Positions 53,515 to 62,107 of a stretch of DNA of 64,000 nt are shown piece after piece (positions within the stretch are counted from its first letter, which is position 1; each line of letters starts with the position of its first letter). Below the pieces are notes generated by a model, which was not told the origin of the DNA, ran no database searches, and worked only from the letters and a program-made list of their open reading frames with translations. This DNA comes from Chloroflexota bacterium (lineage in GTDB: Bacteria > Chloroflexota > Dehalococcoidia > JACQUO01), in contig JACQUO010000024.1 of the NCBI GenBank assembly GCA_016210205.1, forward strand, positions 29,105 to 93,104, read 5' to 3'. A program made the translations under genes and the position numbers.

Positions 53515-53953
53515 GCCAGCGCTCAAAATCCCTCTTATAGCTCACCAGCTCCTCGGGCCGGAAGAAGAGGCCCAGCTCCCGTTGAGCCGTCTCGGGGGAG
53601 TCTGAGGCGTGAACCAGGTTGCGGCGGTTGTCGATGGCCCAGTCCCCCCGGATGGTCCCCGAAGAGGCCACCGCGGCGTCGGTCTCCCCGATGAGGCGCC
53701 GCACCACCGCCACCGCCTGGCGGCCCTCCAGGGCCAGGGCGACGATGGGCCCAGAGGTGATGAAACGCATCAAGCCCGGGTAGAAGTCTTTGCCCCGGTG
53801 CGTCTCATACAGCCGGCCCGCCAGCCCCTCATCCACCCAGAACAGCTTCAGGCCCGCCAGGCGCAGGCCCTTCTCCTCGAAGCGGGCGATGAGCCTGCCC
53901 ACCAGGGCTCGCTGCACGGCGTCGGGCTTGAGGAGGACCAGAGTCCGCTCCAT
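53501..53953 (-). CDS. ndk: Nucleoside diphosphate kinase
   Basis: MERTLVLLKPDAVQR, GPIVALALEG, TIRGD and NLVHASDS (catalytic His). Confidence 0.96.
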   Translation of the reverse strand: MERTLVLLKPDAVQRALVGRLIARFEEKGLRLAGLKLFWVDEGLAGRLYETHRGKDFYPGLMRFITSGPIVALALEGRQAVAVVRRLIGETDAAVASSGTIRGDWAIDNRRNLVHASDSPETAQRELGLFFRPEELVSYKRDFERWLIES

Positions 53954-54525
53954 TAGCGCCCTCCTTCCTCAAGGGACAGGCGAGCTGCCAGCCAGCGCCG
54001 CACCTGGGCCGCAGTCTCATCCTGATGTCCCCGGGCCACGGTGAGCAGGGCCACCTGGGGATGGACCTTCACCATCTCCGCCCAGGGGTGGCGGGCCCGC
54101 ATCACCGTCCCCAGCACGGGTTGGCCGCTCTCCAGCAGCGTCAGCACCGCCTCCCGAAAGGCAGGGGAGAGGATTTCCATCTTTCCGATTTCGTCGATGA
54201 CCACCAACTTGCGCTCCTTCATAGCTTTAGCCAGGGAGGGGACTGCCAGGCGCTCCAAGGCCGCCAGGTCCACCCCGTAGCGGCCCACCCGGAAGGCGGA
54301 GGGGAAATCTCGGTGGGCAAGGAGGCCCCGCTCTCCCGAGAGCGTGACTATCTCGAACCCCAGGCGCAGCCCACCATCCCGCAGCTCCTGGGTGAAGAAG
54401 CCGCCGGCCCGCCCCTCCAGGCCGGCCAGGGCCCGACGCAGGGCGGTGGTCTTGCCCGAGCCCGGCGGCCCCGTGAGGAGTAGGGCCTGCTTCACTAGAG
54501 CGGCCTCCCCCGCGCCCGGTGGCAC
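53953..54525 (-). CDS. THEP1/NTPase-type P-loop nucleoside triphosphatase
   Basis: LLLTGPPGSGKTT (Walker A), VVIDEIGKMEL-like VVIDEIGKMEI (Walker B) and GF.T.E.R..G.R.GF..v.l.g motifs, at about 190 aa. Confidence 0.7.
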   Translation of the reverse strand: MPPGAGEAALVKQALLLTGPPGSGKTTALRRALAGLEGRAGGFFTQELRDGGLRLGFEIVTLSGERGLLAHRDFPSAFRVGRYGVDLAALERLAVPSLAKAMKERKLVVIDEIGKMEILSPAFREAVLTLLESGQPVLGTVMRARHPWAEMVKVHPQVALLTVARGHQDETAAQVRRWLAARLSLEEGGR

Positions 54526-54749
54526 TATCTTCCCCCGAGCTTGTCTTCCGGGGGCAGTTGAACCCAGTCCTCCAGGTCATCCCATTCCACTCGCCGGGAG
54601 CCCGGGCACCCGCAGAAGATTTCATACTGGGGGACAAAAAAGGTGCAGCTATAGGGGCCCGGGGTGGTTTGCGGGGGAGTCAAATCCAACTGGGCCCGTC
54701 CCCACTGCTGGCATCGGGGACAGAGCACCCGAATGACCTCGCCTTCCAT
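54525..54749 (-). CDS. Small zinc-ribbon-like hypothetical protein
   Basis: AGGAGG Shine-Dalgarno 7 nt upstream of the ATG at 54749. The protein begins MEGEVIRVLCPRCQQW and later has CGC. Its end abuts the NTPase start (shared coordinate 54525). Confidence 0.45.
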   Translation of the reverse strand: MEGEVIRVLCPRCQQWGRAQLDLTPPQTTPGPYSCTFFVPQYEIFCGCPGSRRVEWDDLEDWVQLPPEDKLGGR

Positions 54750-54863
54750 GCCATGACCTCCTGCGAACCGCATCTTGGGGTTAACCCCCAAAAACCCCTG
54801 GTCTTTGTCTCACCTTGGCCTAGAACCCCGTGCCAGAGAACCGGCCTGGCCTGGCGGCGGCTC

Positions 54864-55547
54864 CTACCGCGGCTTTTGGCCCCGCAACGTGATGGAAGGG
54901 CGCCGCAGGTAGATGGGCTGGAGCGTGGCGGGGTCGTCCCGCTCCCCGCGACTGAGGCGGCGCCAGCCCAGGGCCGCCAGGGCCGCACCCCGGCTGGAGA
55001 TGGGCCCCTGGGCCACCAGCGCACGTGACCCCAACCGCTCCTCTAGGACAGACGCCAGGGCCACCGCCCCGGAGCCGCAGAAGAGGGTGCGACGCCGGCC
55101 CCAGAGGGCGACGCCCGCCTGGCCCGTGAGGTGGGGCGATTTAAGGCAGCGCCACTCCACCCCCTCCATCCGGTAGCAGGCGGCAGCCAGCATCCCACCC
55201 CCGACCTCTTGGAGGGCGCAGAGGGGCAACCCCGTCCAGGCATGGGGGTAGGTCTCCAGCTCCAGGGTGCAGATGCCCAACATGGGAAGCTGCCTGGCAT
55301 AGGCCAAACCCTTGGCCGCGCTCAGCCCCACCCGCAGACCGTTGAAGCTGCCAGGGCCCAGGGCCACATACAGCGCCGTAACCCCCTCCCATCTCAGGCC
55401 GGCCTGGGCCATGAGGTGGACCAGGTTGGGATAGAGGGCCTGGGTGTGGCTCTGGGGGCCACTCCACGAGAGCTGGTAGAGGGCCTGCCCCTCGTGAGAG
55501 ATGGCGATGCCGGCTAAGGCGGTGGAGGTGTCGATGCCGATTTCCAT
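54864..55547 (-). CDS. tsaB: tRNA t6A37 biosynthesis protein TsaB
   Basis: MEIGIDTST....IA, and VALGPGSFNGLRVGLSAAKGLA. Confidence 0.88.
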   Translation of the reverse strand: MEIGIDTSTALAGIAISHEGQALYQLSWSGPQSHTQALYPNLVHLMAQAGLRWEGVTALYVALGPGSFNGLRVGLSAAKGLAYARQLPMLGICTLELETYPHAWTGLPLCALQEVGGGMLAAACYRMEGVEWRCLKSPHLTGQAGVALWGRRRTLFCGSGAVALASVLEERLGSRALVAQGPISSRGAALAALGWRRLSRGERDDPATLQPIYLRRPSITLRGQKPR

Positions 55548-55561
55548 CTGCCTCCGCCGTC

Positions 55562-56038
55562 TCAAATGGCCCAGGTAGCGAAGCGGAAACGGGAGAGCAT
55601 GGCCAGGTAGCGCTCCCCCACAGGCTCAAAGGTGAGGCTGCGGCGATTCTGGCTCAGGTGCCGCATCCTGATGAGGAGCCACTCCGGGGGCATGGCGGCC
55701 AGGGCCCGGTCGGCCCACTCCACTGCGGTGACCCCCTGACCGTAGAAGTAGTCCCCCAAACCCAGTTCCTCCACCTCCTCCAGCCGCTGGAGGCGGTAGA
55801 GGTCCACATGGTAGAAGGGCAGGCGACCCTGGTGCTCCCGAACCACCACGAAGGAGGGGCTGATGGCGTAGTCCCGCACCCCCAAGCCCCGTGCCAGGCC
55901 CTGGGCCAGATTGGTCTTGCCCACCCCCAGCTCACCTATCAACAAAAAGACATCCCCGGCCCGGGCCAACTCTCCCAGGCGGGCCCCCAGGAGCTGGGTT
56001 TCCTTGGCGCTGTTGGTGACGGCCGTCAGGGCTCCCAA
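55562..56038 (-). CDS. tsaE: tRNA t6A37 biosynthesis ATPase TsaE
   Basis: GDVFLLIGELGVGKTNLAQGLARGLG, SPSF and HVDLYRL motifs. Confidence 0.9.
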   Translation of the reverse strand: MGALTAVTNSAKETQLLGARLGELARAGDVFLLIGELGVGKTNLAQGLARGLGVRDYAISPSFVVVREHQGRLPFYHVDLYRLQRLEEVEELGLGDYFYGQGVTAVEWADRALAAMPPEWLLIRMRHLSQNRRSLTFEPVGERYLAMLSRFRFATWAI

Positions 56039-56055
56039 TGGTTTGCCCCCGTTCC

Positions 56056-57060
56056 TTATCTCTTAAGGTGATCCCAGCCCAGCTCCTGGGGAGAGACCTC
56101 CTGGCCCTCGGCATCCACCAGGACCACTCTCCCTCGAGGCTCTGGAGTTATCTCCCCCAGGACGGTGATGAGCAGAGACGCCGCCTCCTGCACCGCCCGC
56201 ACCATCTCTGCCGGGGCGGTGAAGAGCAGCTCATAGTCCTCACCGCCGGAAAGGGCGAGCCTGAGAGCCTCATCCCCGAAGGCCGCCTGCACCCACGGGT
56301 GGGACGGGACCTTCTCCAGATAGAGGCGGGCCCCCACGCCCGAGGCCTCGCAGATGTGAGCCAGGTCACCCAGCAGGCCGTCGCTAATGTCTATGGCCGA
56401 CTTCACGCCCTGGGCCACCAGAAGCCGCCCTTCGGCCACCCGGGGCTGGGGCCGGAGGTGCGCCTGCCGCAGGTAGCCCACAGCCCTTTCCTCCAGAACA
56501 AGGTGCTTCTGCATCATACGCAGGCCCGCGGCCGAGGAGCCCACATAGCCTGTGACAGCTATCTGGTCCCCTGGCCGGGCGGCGGAGCGGGTCAGGAGCT
56601 TGCCCTCCGGCGCCGGGCCCATGAGGGCCACCGTTACGAACACCACCGGGGAGCGCACGATGTCCCCGCCCACGATGCCCACATCGTATTGACGAGCCGC
56701 CTCGGCCATCCCCTGGTAGAGGTCTGTTATCCATTCCACCTCGGCATCGGGGGGGAGGCCCAAGGTCACCAGGCAGTAACGGGACAACCCGCCCATGGCC
56801 GCCAGGTCGCTGATGTTCACCGCCAGGGCCTTCCAGCCCAGGTCCACCCAGGAACCGAAACCGATGGTGAAGTGCACCCCCTGGACCAGGGTGTCGGTGG
56901 TGGCCAGCTCCACCCCCTGGCCCGGGCGCCAGGCGGCGGCGTCGTCGCCGATGCCCAGGAGGAGCTCCCCCGGAGGAGGCGGCTGAGCCACCTTCAGCCG
57001 CTCCACGGTCTGGTGAATCAGTCCGATGAGGCCGAACTCGCCCAGGGCGGACACTTTCAT
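56056..57060 (-). CDS. thiL: Thiamine-monophosphate kinase
   Basis: MKVSALGEFGLI, IGDDAA, TTDTLVQGVHF, NISDLAAMG and GGDI motifs. The start is at MKVSAL. Confidence 0.92.
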   Translation of the reverse strand: MKVSALGEFGLIGLIHQTVERLKVAQPPPPGELLLGIGDDAAAWRPGQGVELATTDTLVQGVHFTIGFGSWVDLGWKALAVNISDLAAMGGLSRYCLVTLGLPPDAEVEWITDLYQGMAEAARQYDVGIVGGDIVRSPVVFVTVALMGPAPEGKLLTRSAARPGDQIAVTGYVGSSAAGLRMMQKHLVLEERAVGYLRQAHLRPQPRVAEGRLLVAQGVKSAIDISDGLLGDLAHICEASGVGARLYLEKVPSHPWVQAAFGDEALRLALSGGEDYELLFTAPAEMVRAVQEAASLLITVLGEITPEPRGRVVLVDAEGQEVSPQELGWDHLKR

Positions 57061-57192
57061 AGGGCCAATCCCTTTCTTAGCAGGGATTATACCCTCCTGG
57101 CCATCAGGCCACAATGCCCCGCGGGCGGCGGGCCCGGAGGGCCGGGGCGTGGCGGAAATTTCGTGCCCGGGAGATGCAGGGCCGGGCTGACT

Positions 57193-57915
57193 TCAGGCTT
57201 CAGGGACGCGGCGGAAGCCGTGGATGAGGGGGAAACGGGGGAGGCCGAAGACCTCGCGGCTCCTCAAGAAGCCGATGAAGATGACGATGATGCCCACGAG
57301 CTCAGCCACATAGAGGCCGTCGGGCCAGCCGAAGCGAGCCAGGGTGCCTCCCAGGGCGGTGAACACCGCCCCATGGGCAATGAGGAAGTTGGACACGGCT
57401 CGATGGCGCTGCTTGCGCTTGAGGAGGAAGACCAGGCCGGTCCACATGGCCCCGCCCCACAGGGCCACGGTGCCGAAGATGTTGAAGAAGGGGGTGAGGC
57501 CCCGGGGGCTGGCCTCGCCCGCCACGAAGGCTTCACCTGACATGACGCCGCCGGGGACGAGAACGCCCAAGTTCACCGGGGCGGCGAAGACCATGGCCGC
57601 AGCATAGACCGAGGCCAGGAGCAGGCCAGCCATGAGGAGGTGCGCCAGGGGCCGGGGCGCTAGGAGGTAGGCCGTCCCCAGGCCCAAATAGGCCGCAGCG
57701 AAGACGGCCCCGAAGAGATACCAGACCCGAAAGGTGGTGGCGTTGAGGCCAAAGACTCCGGTGAGGAACTCGCAGCCCGTGGCGACGCCGTACATGAGAA
57801 GCCCCACGGCCCAGACCAACTGGTAGGGCTGGCGCCGGGCGAAGTACTGGTCCAGCACCGCGGTGGCAAAGACGAAGCTCACCAGGCTGGAAGCCAGGGG
57901 GATTACTACATTCAT
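57193..57915 (-). CDS. Polytopic membrane protein, unknown function
   Basis: 240 aa with about 7-8 TM segments. No family was recognised. Confidence 0.55.
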   Translation of the reverse strand: MNVVIPLASSLVSFVFATAVLDQYFARRQPYQLVWAVGLLMYGVATGCEFLTGVFGLNATTFRVWYLFGAVFAAAYLGLGTAYLLAPRPLAHLLMAGLLLASVYAAAMVFAAPVNLGVLVPGGVMSGEAFVAGEASPRGLTPFFNIFGTVALWGGAMWTGLVFLLKRKQRHRAVSNFLIAHGAVFTALGGTLARFGWPDGLYVAELVGIIVIFIGFLRSREVFGLPRFPLIHGFRRVPEA

Positions 57916-58019
57916 CTCCTCTTCTCCACCTCTGTATCCTCGTCCCTGGGGGCAGGCCCAAAACGACCCCCATTCTAGCGGGAAGCTGAAAGGATGTCAA
58001 AACCAACGCCTGGGGTATA

Positions 58020-58090
58020 GAAAGGGAAGGAGTCTGGGGGACACCCCCAGACCCACGGCAGAGGGGGCCTGACCCTCTGCACCCCCAACT
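58020..58090 (+). repeat. Family-1 repeat, partial (HP2 and HP3 modules)
   Basis: CTGGGGGACACCCCCAG (58034-58050) and GCAGAGGG-GGCCTGA-CCCTCTGC (58058-58080). Confidence 0.75.
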
Positions 58091-58144
58091 GCTAAACGAC
58101 CTCCCCGTCAGGCTTGAAGGACTCCCCCGTCCTGGCTATAATCT

Positions 58145-58327
58145 TCACCGTCCCCGACGCGAATACTCGGGGCACCAGGTGGCGTTGGGCCGCTGGGGGT
58201 TGTGGCAGGCGGAGCGCCAGTCCCACTGGCAGGTGTCGCAGAGGATGACCCGCAGCCCCAAGGCCCGCTTGAGGCGGAGCTTGAGGCGGTGGGCCAAGGG
58301 TGGCTGAGGAAGGCCATGTCGGGCCAT
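58145..58327 (-). CDS. Small basic Cys-containing hypothetical protein
   Basis: AGGAGA Shine-Dalgarno 4 nt upstream of the ATG at 58327. Translation is MARHGLPQPPLAHRLKLRLKRALGLRVILCDTCQWDWRSACHNPQRPNATWCPEY. Confidence 0.4.
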   Translation of the reverse strand: MARHGLPQPPLAHRLKLRLKRALGLRVILCDTCQWDWRSACHNPQRPNATWCPEYSRRGR

Positions 58328-58386
58328 GGAGTCTCCTAAAAAATAGCTCAAAAACATAGTATCACAACCAGAAGGAGGGAACAAAA

Positions 58387-58572
58387 ATGCCCGTCATCCG
58401 TGTGGAGATGCTGGCGGGGCGCACCAAGGCCCAGAAGGCGGAGCTGGCCCGGGTCATCACCGAGGCAGTGGCCTCCATCGCCAATGCCCGCCCCCAGGAC
58501 ACCACCGTGGTCTTCGTGGAATTCCCGCGCGAGAACTGGGCCACCGGCGGCGTGCTGCGCTCCGAGAGCTGA
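58387..58572 (+). CDS. 4-oxalocrotonate tautomerase family enzyme
   Basis: MPVIRVEMLAGRTKAQKAELARVITEAV has the N-terminal Pro1 hallmark. 61 aa. Confidence 0.88.
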   Translation: MPVIRVEMLAGRTKAQKAELARVITEAVASIANARPQDTTVVFVEFPRENWATGGVLRSES

Positions 58573-58651
58573 AGAGGCCCAGATTGACAAGGCCCCCCAG
58601 GATTTATAAGATATAAAAGGACCTTTTTATTAATGAGGGGGGATACCTAAA

Positions 58652-58912
58652 GTGCCACTTCCGGGAATCATCAAGTGCCGGGACTGCGGCCACGACTTCG
58701 ACCCCATCGGCGGGCCGGGCCAGGGGCTGGCCTGCCCTCGCTGCGGGAGCCAGGCGGTGGAGCGGTCAGCCCTGCTCTTTGTCGTCCCCGGGGCTAAAGG
58801 CCTCACTTCCGAGGACTACTACATCACCCTCATGGAGCCCTGCTGCCAGGTGGGCCGAGAGTGGCGACTGGCGGAGACCATGGCCCCTGACGCGCCCGAC
58901 ACGGGCTCCTGA
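58652..58912 (+). CDS. Small zinc-ribbon hypothetical protein
   Basis: GTG start after GAGGGGGG. The motifs CRDCGH and CPRCGS form a CxxC...CxxC ribbon. Confidence 0.45.
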   Translation: MPLPGIIKCRDCGHDFDPIGGPGQGLACPRCGSQAVERSALLFVVPGAKGLTSEDYYITLMEPCCQVGREWRLAETMAPDAPDTGS

Positions 58913-58921
58913 CTTTCAGAC

Positions 58922-60301
58922 TTGGGCATAGGGAGCGTGGGCGTGGACCTATGGACGCGGCTTGGGGAGGAGCGGGAGTCTAAAGAAGCGCCCCTGGCCG
59001 CGCGCCTGCGGCCCCGCACCCTGGGGGAATTCGTGGGCCAGGAACACCTGGTGGGCCCCGGGCGGGTCTTCCGGCACGCTCTGGAAGGCGATCATCTGCC
59101 CTCTTTCATCCTCTGGGGCCCCCCGGGCAGCGGCAAGACCACCCTGGCTCAAATGGTGGCGGGCCTCACCTCCTCCCACTTCAGCCCCGTGAGCGCCGTC
59201 TCCGCCGGCGTGGCCGACCTGCGCCGCATCATCGCCGAGGCCCAGGAGCGGCGCGGCCATACTGGCCAGCGCACCATCCTCTTCATCGACGAAATCCACC
59301 GTTTCAACAAGTCCCAGCAGGACACCGTGCTCCCCTTCGTAGAGCGGGGCACCATCATCATGATTGGGGCCACCACCGAGAACCCCTCCTTCGAGGTCAT
59401 CGCCCCCCTCCTCTCGCGCTGCCGGGTCTTCACTCTGAACCCCCTGGGCGAGGCAGAAATCCAGACCATCGTCTCCCGCGCCCTCTCTGACCCCGAGCGG
59501 GGCCTGGGCCAACTCCAGGTGGAGCTGGAGCCGCCGGCGCGGGAGTTCCTGGTGGCCCAAGCCCGGGGAGACGCCCGGGTGGTCCTAAACGCCCTGGAGC
59601 TGGCTACCCTGGCCACCCCTCCCGACGCCCAGGGACGGCGCCGCGTGGGCCTGGGGGCCATCGAGGAGGCCCTGCAGCACCGGGCCCTCCTCTACGATAA
59701 GGCGGGAGACCAGCACTACGACATCATCTCCGCCCTCCACAAATCCCTGCGGGGCTCCGACCCCGACGCCGGCCTCTACTGGCTGGCCCGGATGCTGGAG
59801 GCGGGGGAAGACCCGCTCTACATCGTGCGGCGGCTGGTGCGCTTCGCCTCCGAGGATGTGGGGATGGCCGACCCCCAGGCCCTGGTGGTGGCCATGGCGG
59901 CCCAGCAGGCGGCGCACTTCATCGGGATGCCCGAGGCGGATCTGGCCCTGGCCCAGGCGGTGGTGTATCTGGCCACCGCCCCCAAGAGCAACTCCCTCTA
60001 CCGGGCCTACGGCCAGGCCAAGGAGGAGGTGCGCCAGAGCGGCCCCCTGCCCGTGCCCCTGCACATCCGAAACCCCGTCACTCCCCTGATGAAGGGGCTG
60101 GGATACGGCCAGGGCTACCAATACCCCCATGACCACCCCGGCCACCTGGTGCAGCAGGATTACTTGCCCCCAAACCTCCAAGGCCGGAGGTTCTACCAGC
60201 CCACCGAGCAGGGGCTGGAACGGGAGATTCAAAAAAGGCTAGAAAGATGGGGCCGTGCCCTGTCCCAAGCAGAGGCCGCGCCCCCAGAGGAGGAGTCATG
60301 A
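58922..60301 (+). CDS. rarA: Replication-associated recombination protein A (AAA+ ATPase)
   Basis: PLAARLRPRTLGEFVGQEHL, GPPGSGKTTLA, ILFIDEIHRFNK and the MgsA C-terminal YDIISALHKSLRGSDPDA. The exact start is uncertain: TTG at 58922, or GTG at 58937 or 58943. Confidence 0.93.
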   Translation: MGIGSVGVDLWTRLGEERESKEAPLAARLRPRTLGEFVGQEHLVGPGRVFRHALEGDHLPSFILWGPPGSGKTTLAQMVAGLTSSHFSPVSAVSAGVADLRRIIAEAQERRGHTGQRTILFIDEIHRFNKSQQDTVLPFVERGTIIMIGATTENPSFEVIAPLLSRCRVFTLNPLGEAEIQTIVSRALSDPERGLGQLQVELEPPAREFLVAQARGDARVVLNALELATLATPPDAQGRRRVGLGAIEEALQHRALLYDKAGDQHYDIISALHKSLRGSDPDAGLYWLARMLEAGEDPLYIVRRLVRFASEDVGMADPQALVVAMAAQQAAHFIGMPEADLALAQAVVYLATAPKSNSLYRAYGQAKEEVRQSGPLPVPLHIRNPVTPLMKGLGYGQGYQYPHDHPGHLVQQDYLPPNLQGRRFYQPTEQGLEREIQKRLERWGRALSQAEAAPPEEES

Positions 60302-60960
60302 GAGAGACCCCGGTCACCATCCCCTGCGGCCCGCTCACCCTGGAGGGAGTGCTGCGCCTGCCCAACGGCGACGGCCCCTTCCCCACGGTGGTGCTCTGCC
60401 ACCCCCACCCCCAGCACGGCGGCTCTATGGACAACAATGTGGTGGCCGCCATGGCCGCCGCCCTGGACCGGCAAATCATCGCCACCCTGCGCTTCAACTT
60501 CCGGGGCGTGGGGGGCAGCCAGGGCCAGTTCGCCAGCGGCGTGGGGGAGCAGGAGGATGTTAAGGCCGCCCTGGACTTTCTGACCTCCCAGGAGAAGGTA
60601 GATAAGGGCGCTCTAGGTCTGGCGGGCTACTCCTGGGGAGCGGGAGTGGCGGCAGCGGAGGCCGCGAAGGACAGTCGGGTCAAGGCCCTAGCGGCAGTCT
60701 CCTACCCCCTGACCTTCGGCGAGGGCAATCTCCTGGCCGATTATGACCGCCCCAAGCTGTTCCTCACTGGGGATAAGGACGAGCAGTTCTCCCCCGTAGC
60801 GAAGTTCCGCAACTTCGTGGCGGAGCTTTCTGAGCCTAAGGAGTCCGCGGTCATCTCCGGGGCCGACCACTTCTGGGCGGGCCAGGAGGACAAGATGTCC
60901 AAGCGGGTAGCGGACTTCTTCGACGAGACCTTCTTCAACCTGGAGGATTGCTGCGACTGA
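60298..60960 (+). CDS. Alpha/beta-fold hydrolase
   Basis: VVLCHPHPQHGGSMDN, RFNFRGVG.S.G and GYSWGAG (nucleophile elbow G-x-S-x-G). The ATG overlaps the rarA stop (ATGA). Confidence 0.75.
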   Translation: MRETPVTIPCGPLTLEGVLRLPNGDGPFPTVVLCHPHPQHGGSMDNNVVAAMAAALDRQIIATLRFNFRGVGGSQGQFASGVGEQEDVKAALDFLTSQEKVDKGALGLAGYSWGAGVAAAEAAKDSRVKALAAVSYPLTFGEGNLLADYDRPKLFLTGDKDEQFSPVAKFRNFVAELSEPKESAVISGADHFWAGQEDKMSKRVADFFDETFFNLEDCCD

Positions 60961-60970
60961 GGCCCTGGCC

Positions 60971-61402
60971 TCAAGGGAGACACCTCGGCCAGCGCCGGAG
61001 GGGTTGGCCCAAAGCCCGCTCCAGCGCCGCCAGCGGCGGCCGGGGGAAGCGGAAGAGATGGGCGGCGCAGCGGCAGTCAGAGGCGCCGAAGCGGGGCGAC
61101 ACCACCGTGGCCCCCGGCAGGGCCAGGGCGGCCCGGGCCCAGCGGCACTCCTCGCGCTCGGCGGTCTTGGCATAGGCAGCCCCCACGGGAGTGGCCACGG
61201 CCCGGAGGTAGTCGATATGCCAGTGACGGCGGCCAGAGCCAGCCAGATGCCGCTCCAGGCGCGGGGCCAGGGAGCCCAGGGCGCTGCCCAGATACAGGTA
61301 ATACCCAGGGGGAAAAGAGAACACCCCCAAACGCCCCACCAGCAAGGTCTGTGGGGTCTCCAGATGCAGCGCTAGGGCGTAGGTTCCTTTGAGTTTAGCC
61401 AA
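60971..61402 (-). CDS. DUF123 / GIY-YIG-like (Uri superfamily) protein
   Basis: GTYALALHL......VGRLG...F.PGYYLYLGSA.......RL.RH......HWHIDYL is the DUF123 pattern. Confidence 0.65.
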   Translation of the reverse strand: MAKLKGTYALALHLETPQTLLVGRLGVFSFPPGYYLYLGSALGSLAPRLERHLAGSGRRHWHIDYLRAVATPVGAAYAKTAEREECRWARAALALPGATVVSPRFGASDCRCAAHLFRFPRPPLAALERALGQPLRRWPRCLP

Positions 61403-61546
61403 TCCAGTCTCTCCTCCGAAGCCCCAGGCCAGCGCGGGCGAGCCGGGACCGGCCCCCGCCCTGAGAGCGTTATGTTGACCACAGTTACGAATATGTTACA
61501 CCTAGCCTGGAGCCAGGCTTTTCCCTGAAAATACCCGCTCCGCCGT

Positions 61547-61575
61547 TTGACAGCCCCTGGCGCTTATAATATATT
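61547..61575 (+). promoter_or_regulatory. Sigma-70-like promoter upstream of the Fe-S / FAD / GATase operon
   Basis: TTGACA (61547-61552) followed by the AT block TATAATATATTTT. TATATT sits at 17-nt spacing. Confidence 0.4.
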
Positions 61576-61660
61576 TTAAGATAGCGTTGTTATTTGCCCC
61601 AGCAGCCGCGGGGCTAATTTTATCTCAAACGCCGCGCGGGGACATCATAGGAGCCCTAGC

Positions 61661-62107
61661 ATGAAGAAGGTCTATCCCAAAGAGGAAGTGTGCATGGCCT
61701 GCCGCCTGTGCGAGGTGCACTGCCTGGCCGCCCACTCCCTCTCCCAGGACCTCATCCGGGCCTACAAGCTGGAGTCCCCGCGGCCCCGGGCCCTGGTGCA
61801 GGTCACGGAGAAGGGGCCGGTGTCCCTGGCCCTGCCCTGCCGCCACTGCCGCGAGCCTATGTGCGTATACGGCTGTTTCGCCGGCGCCCTCACCCGGGAT
61901 GAGGCCACGGGGGTGGTCTCCCTGGATCCGGATAAGTGCGTGGGCTGCTGGACCTGCCTGGCCGTCTGCCCCTATGGGGCCATCTATCGCGACCCGGCTC
62001 GGGGGGTGGCCGCCAAGTGCGACCTCTGCGCCGGGCGCCCCCAGCCCGCCTGCGTGGCCAACTGCCCCAACGAAGCCCTCATCTTCGCCGAGAGCGCCCG
62101 TGGCTAG
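61661..62107 (+). CDS. 4Fe-4S dicluster ferredoxin-domain protein
   Basis: Four Cys clusters: CMACRLCEVHC, CRHCREPMC, CVGCWTCLAVCP and CDLC....C..NCP. Confidence 0.85.
   Translation: MKKVYPKEEVCMACRLCEVHCLAAHSLSQDLIRAYKLESPRPRALVQVTEKGPVSLALPCRHCREPMCVYGCFAGALTRDEATGVVSLDPDKCVGCWTCLAVCPYGAIYRDPARGVAAKCDLCAGRPQPACVANCPNEALIFAESARG

Noticed and set aside
1880-58090. Whether the recurring GC hairpin repeats constitute a CRISPR array
   Set aside because: The copies are tens of kilobases apart, occur in both orientations, are modular and variable, and lack regular repeat-spacer periodicity. No cas genes are present.
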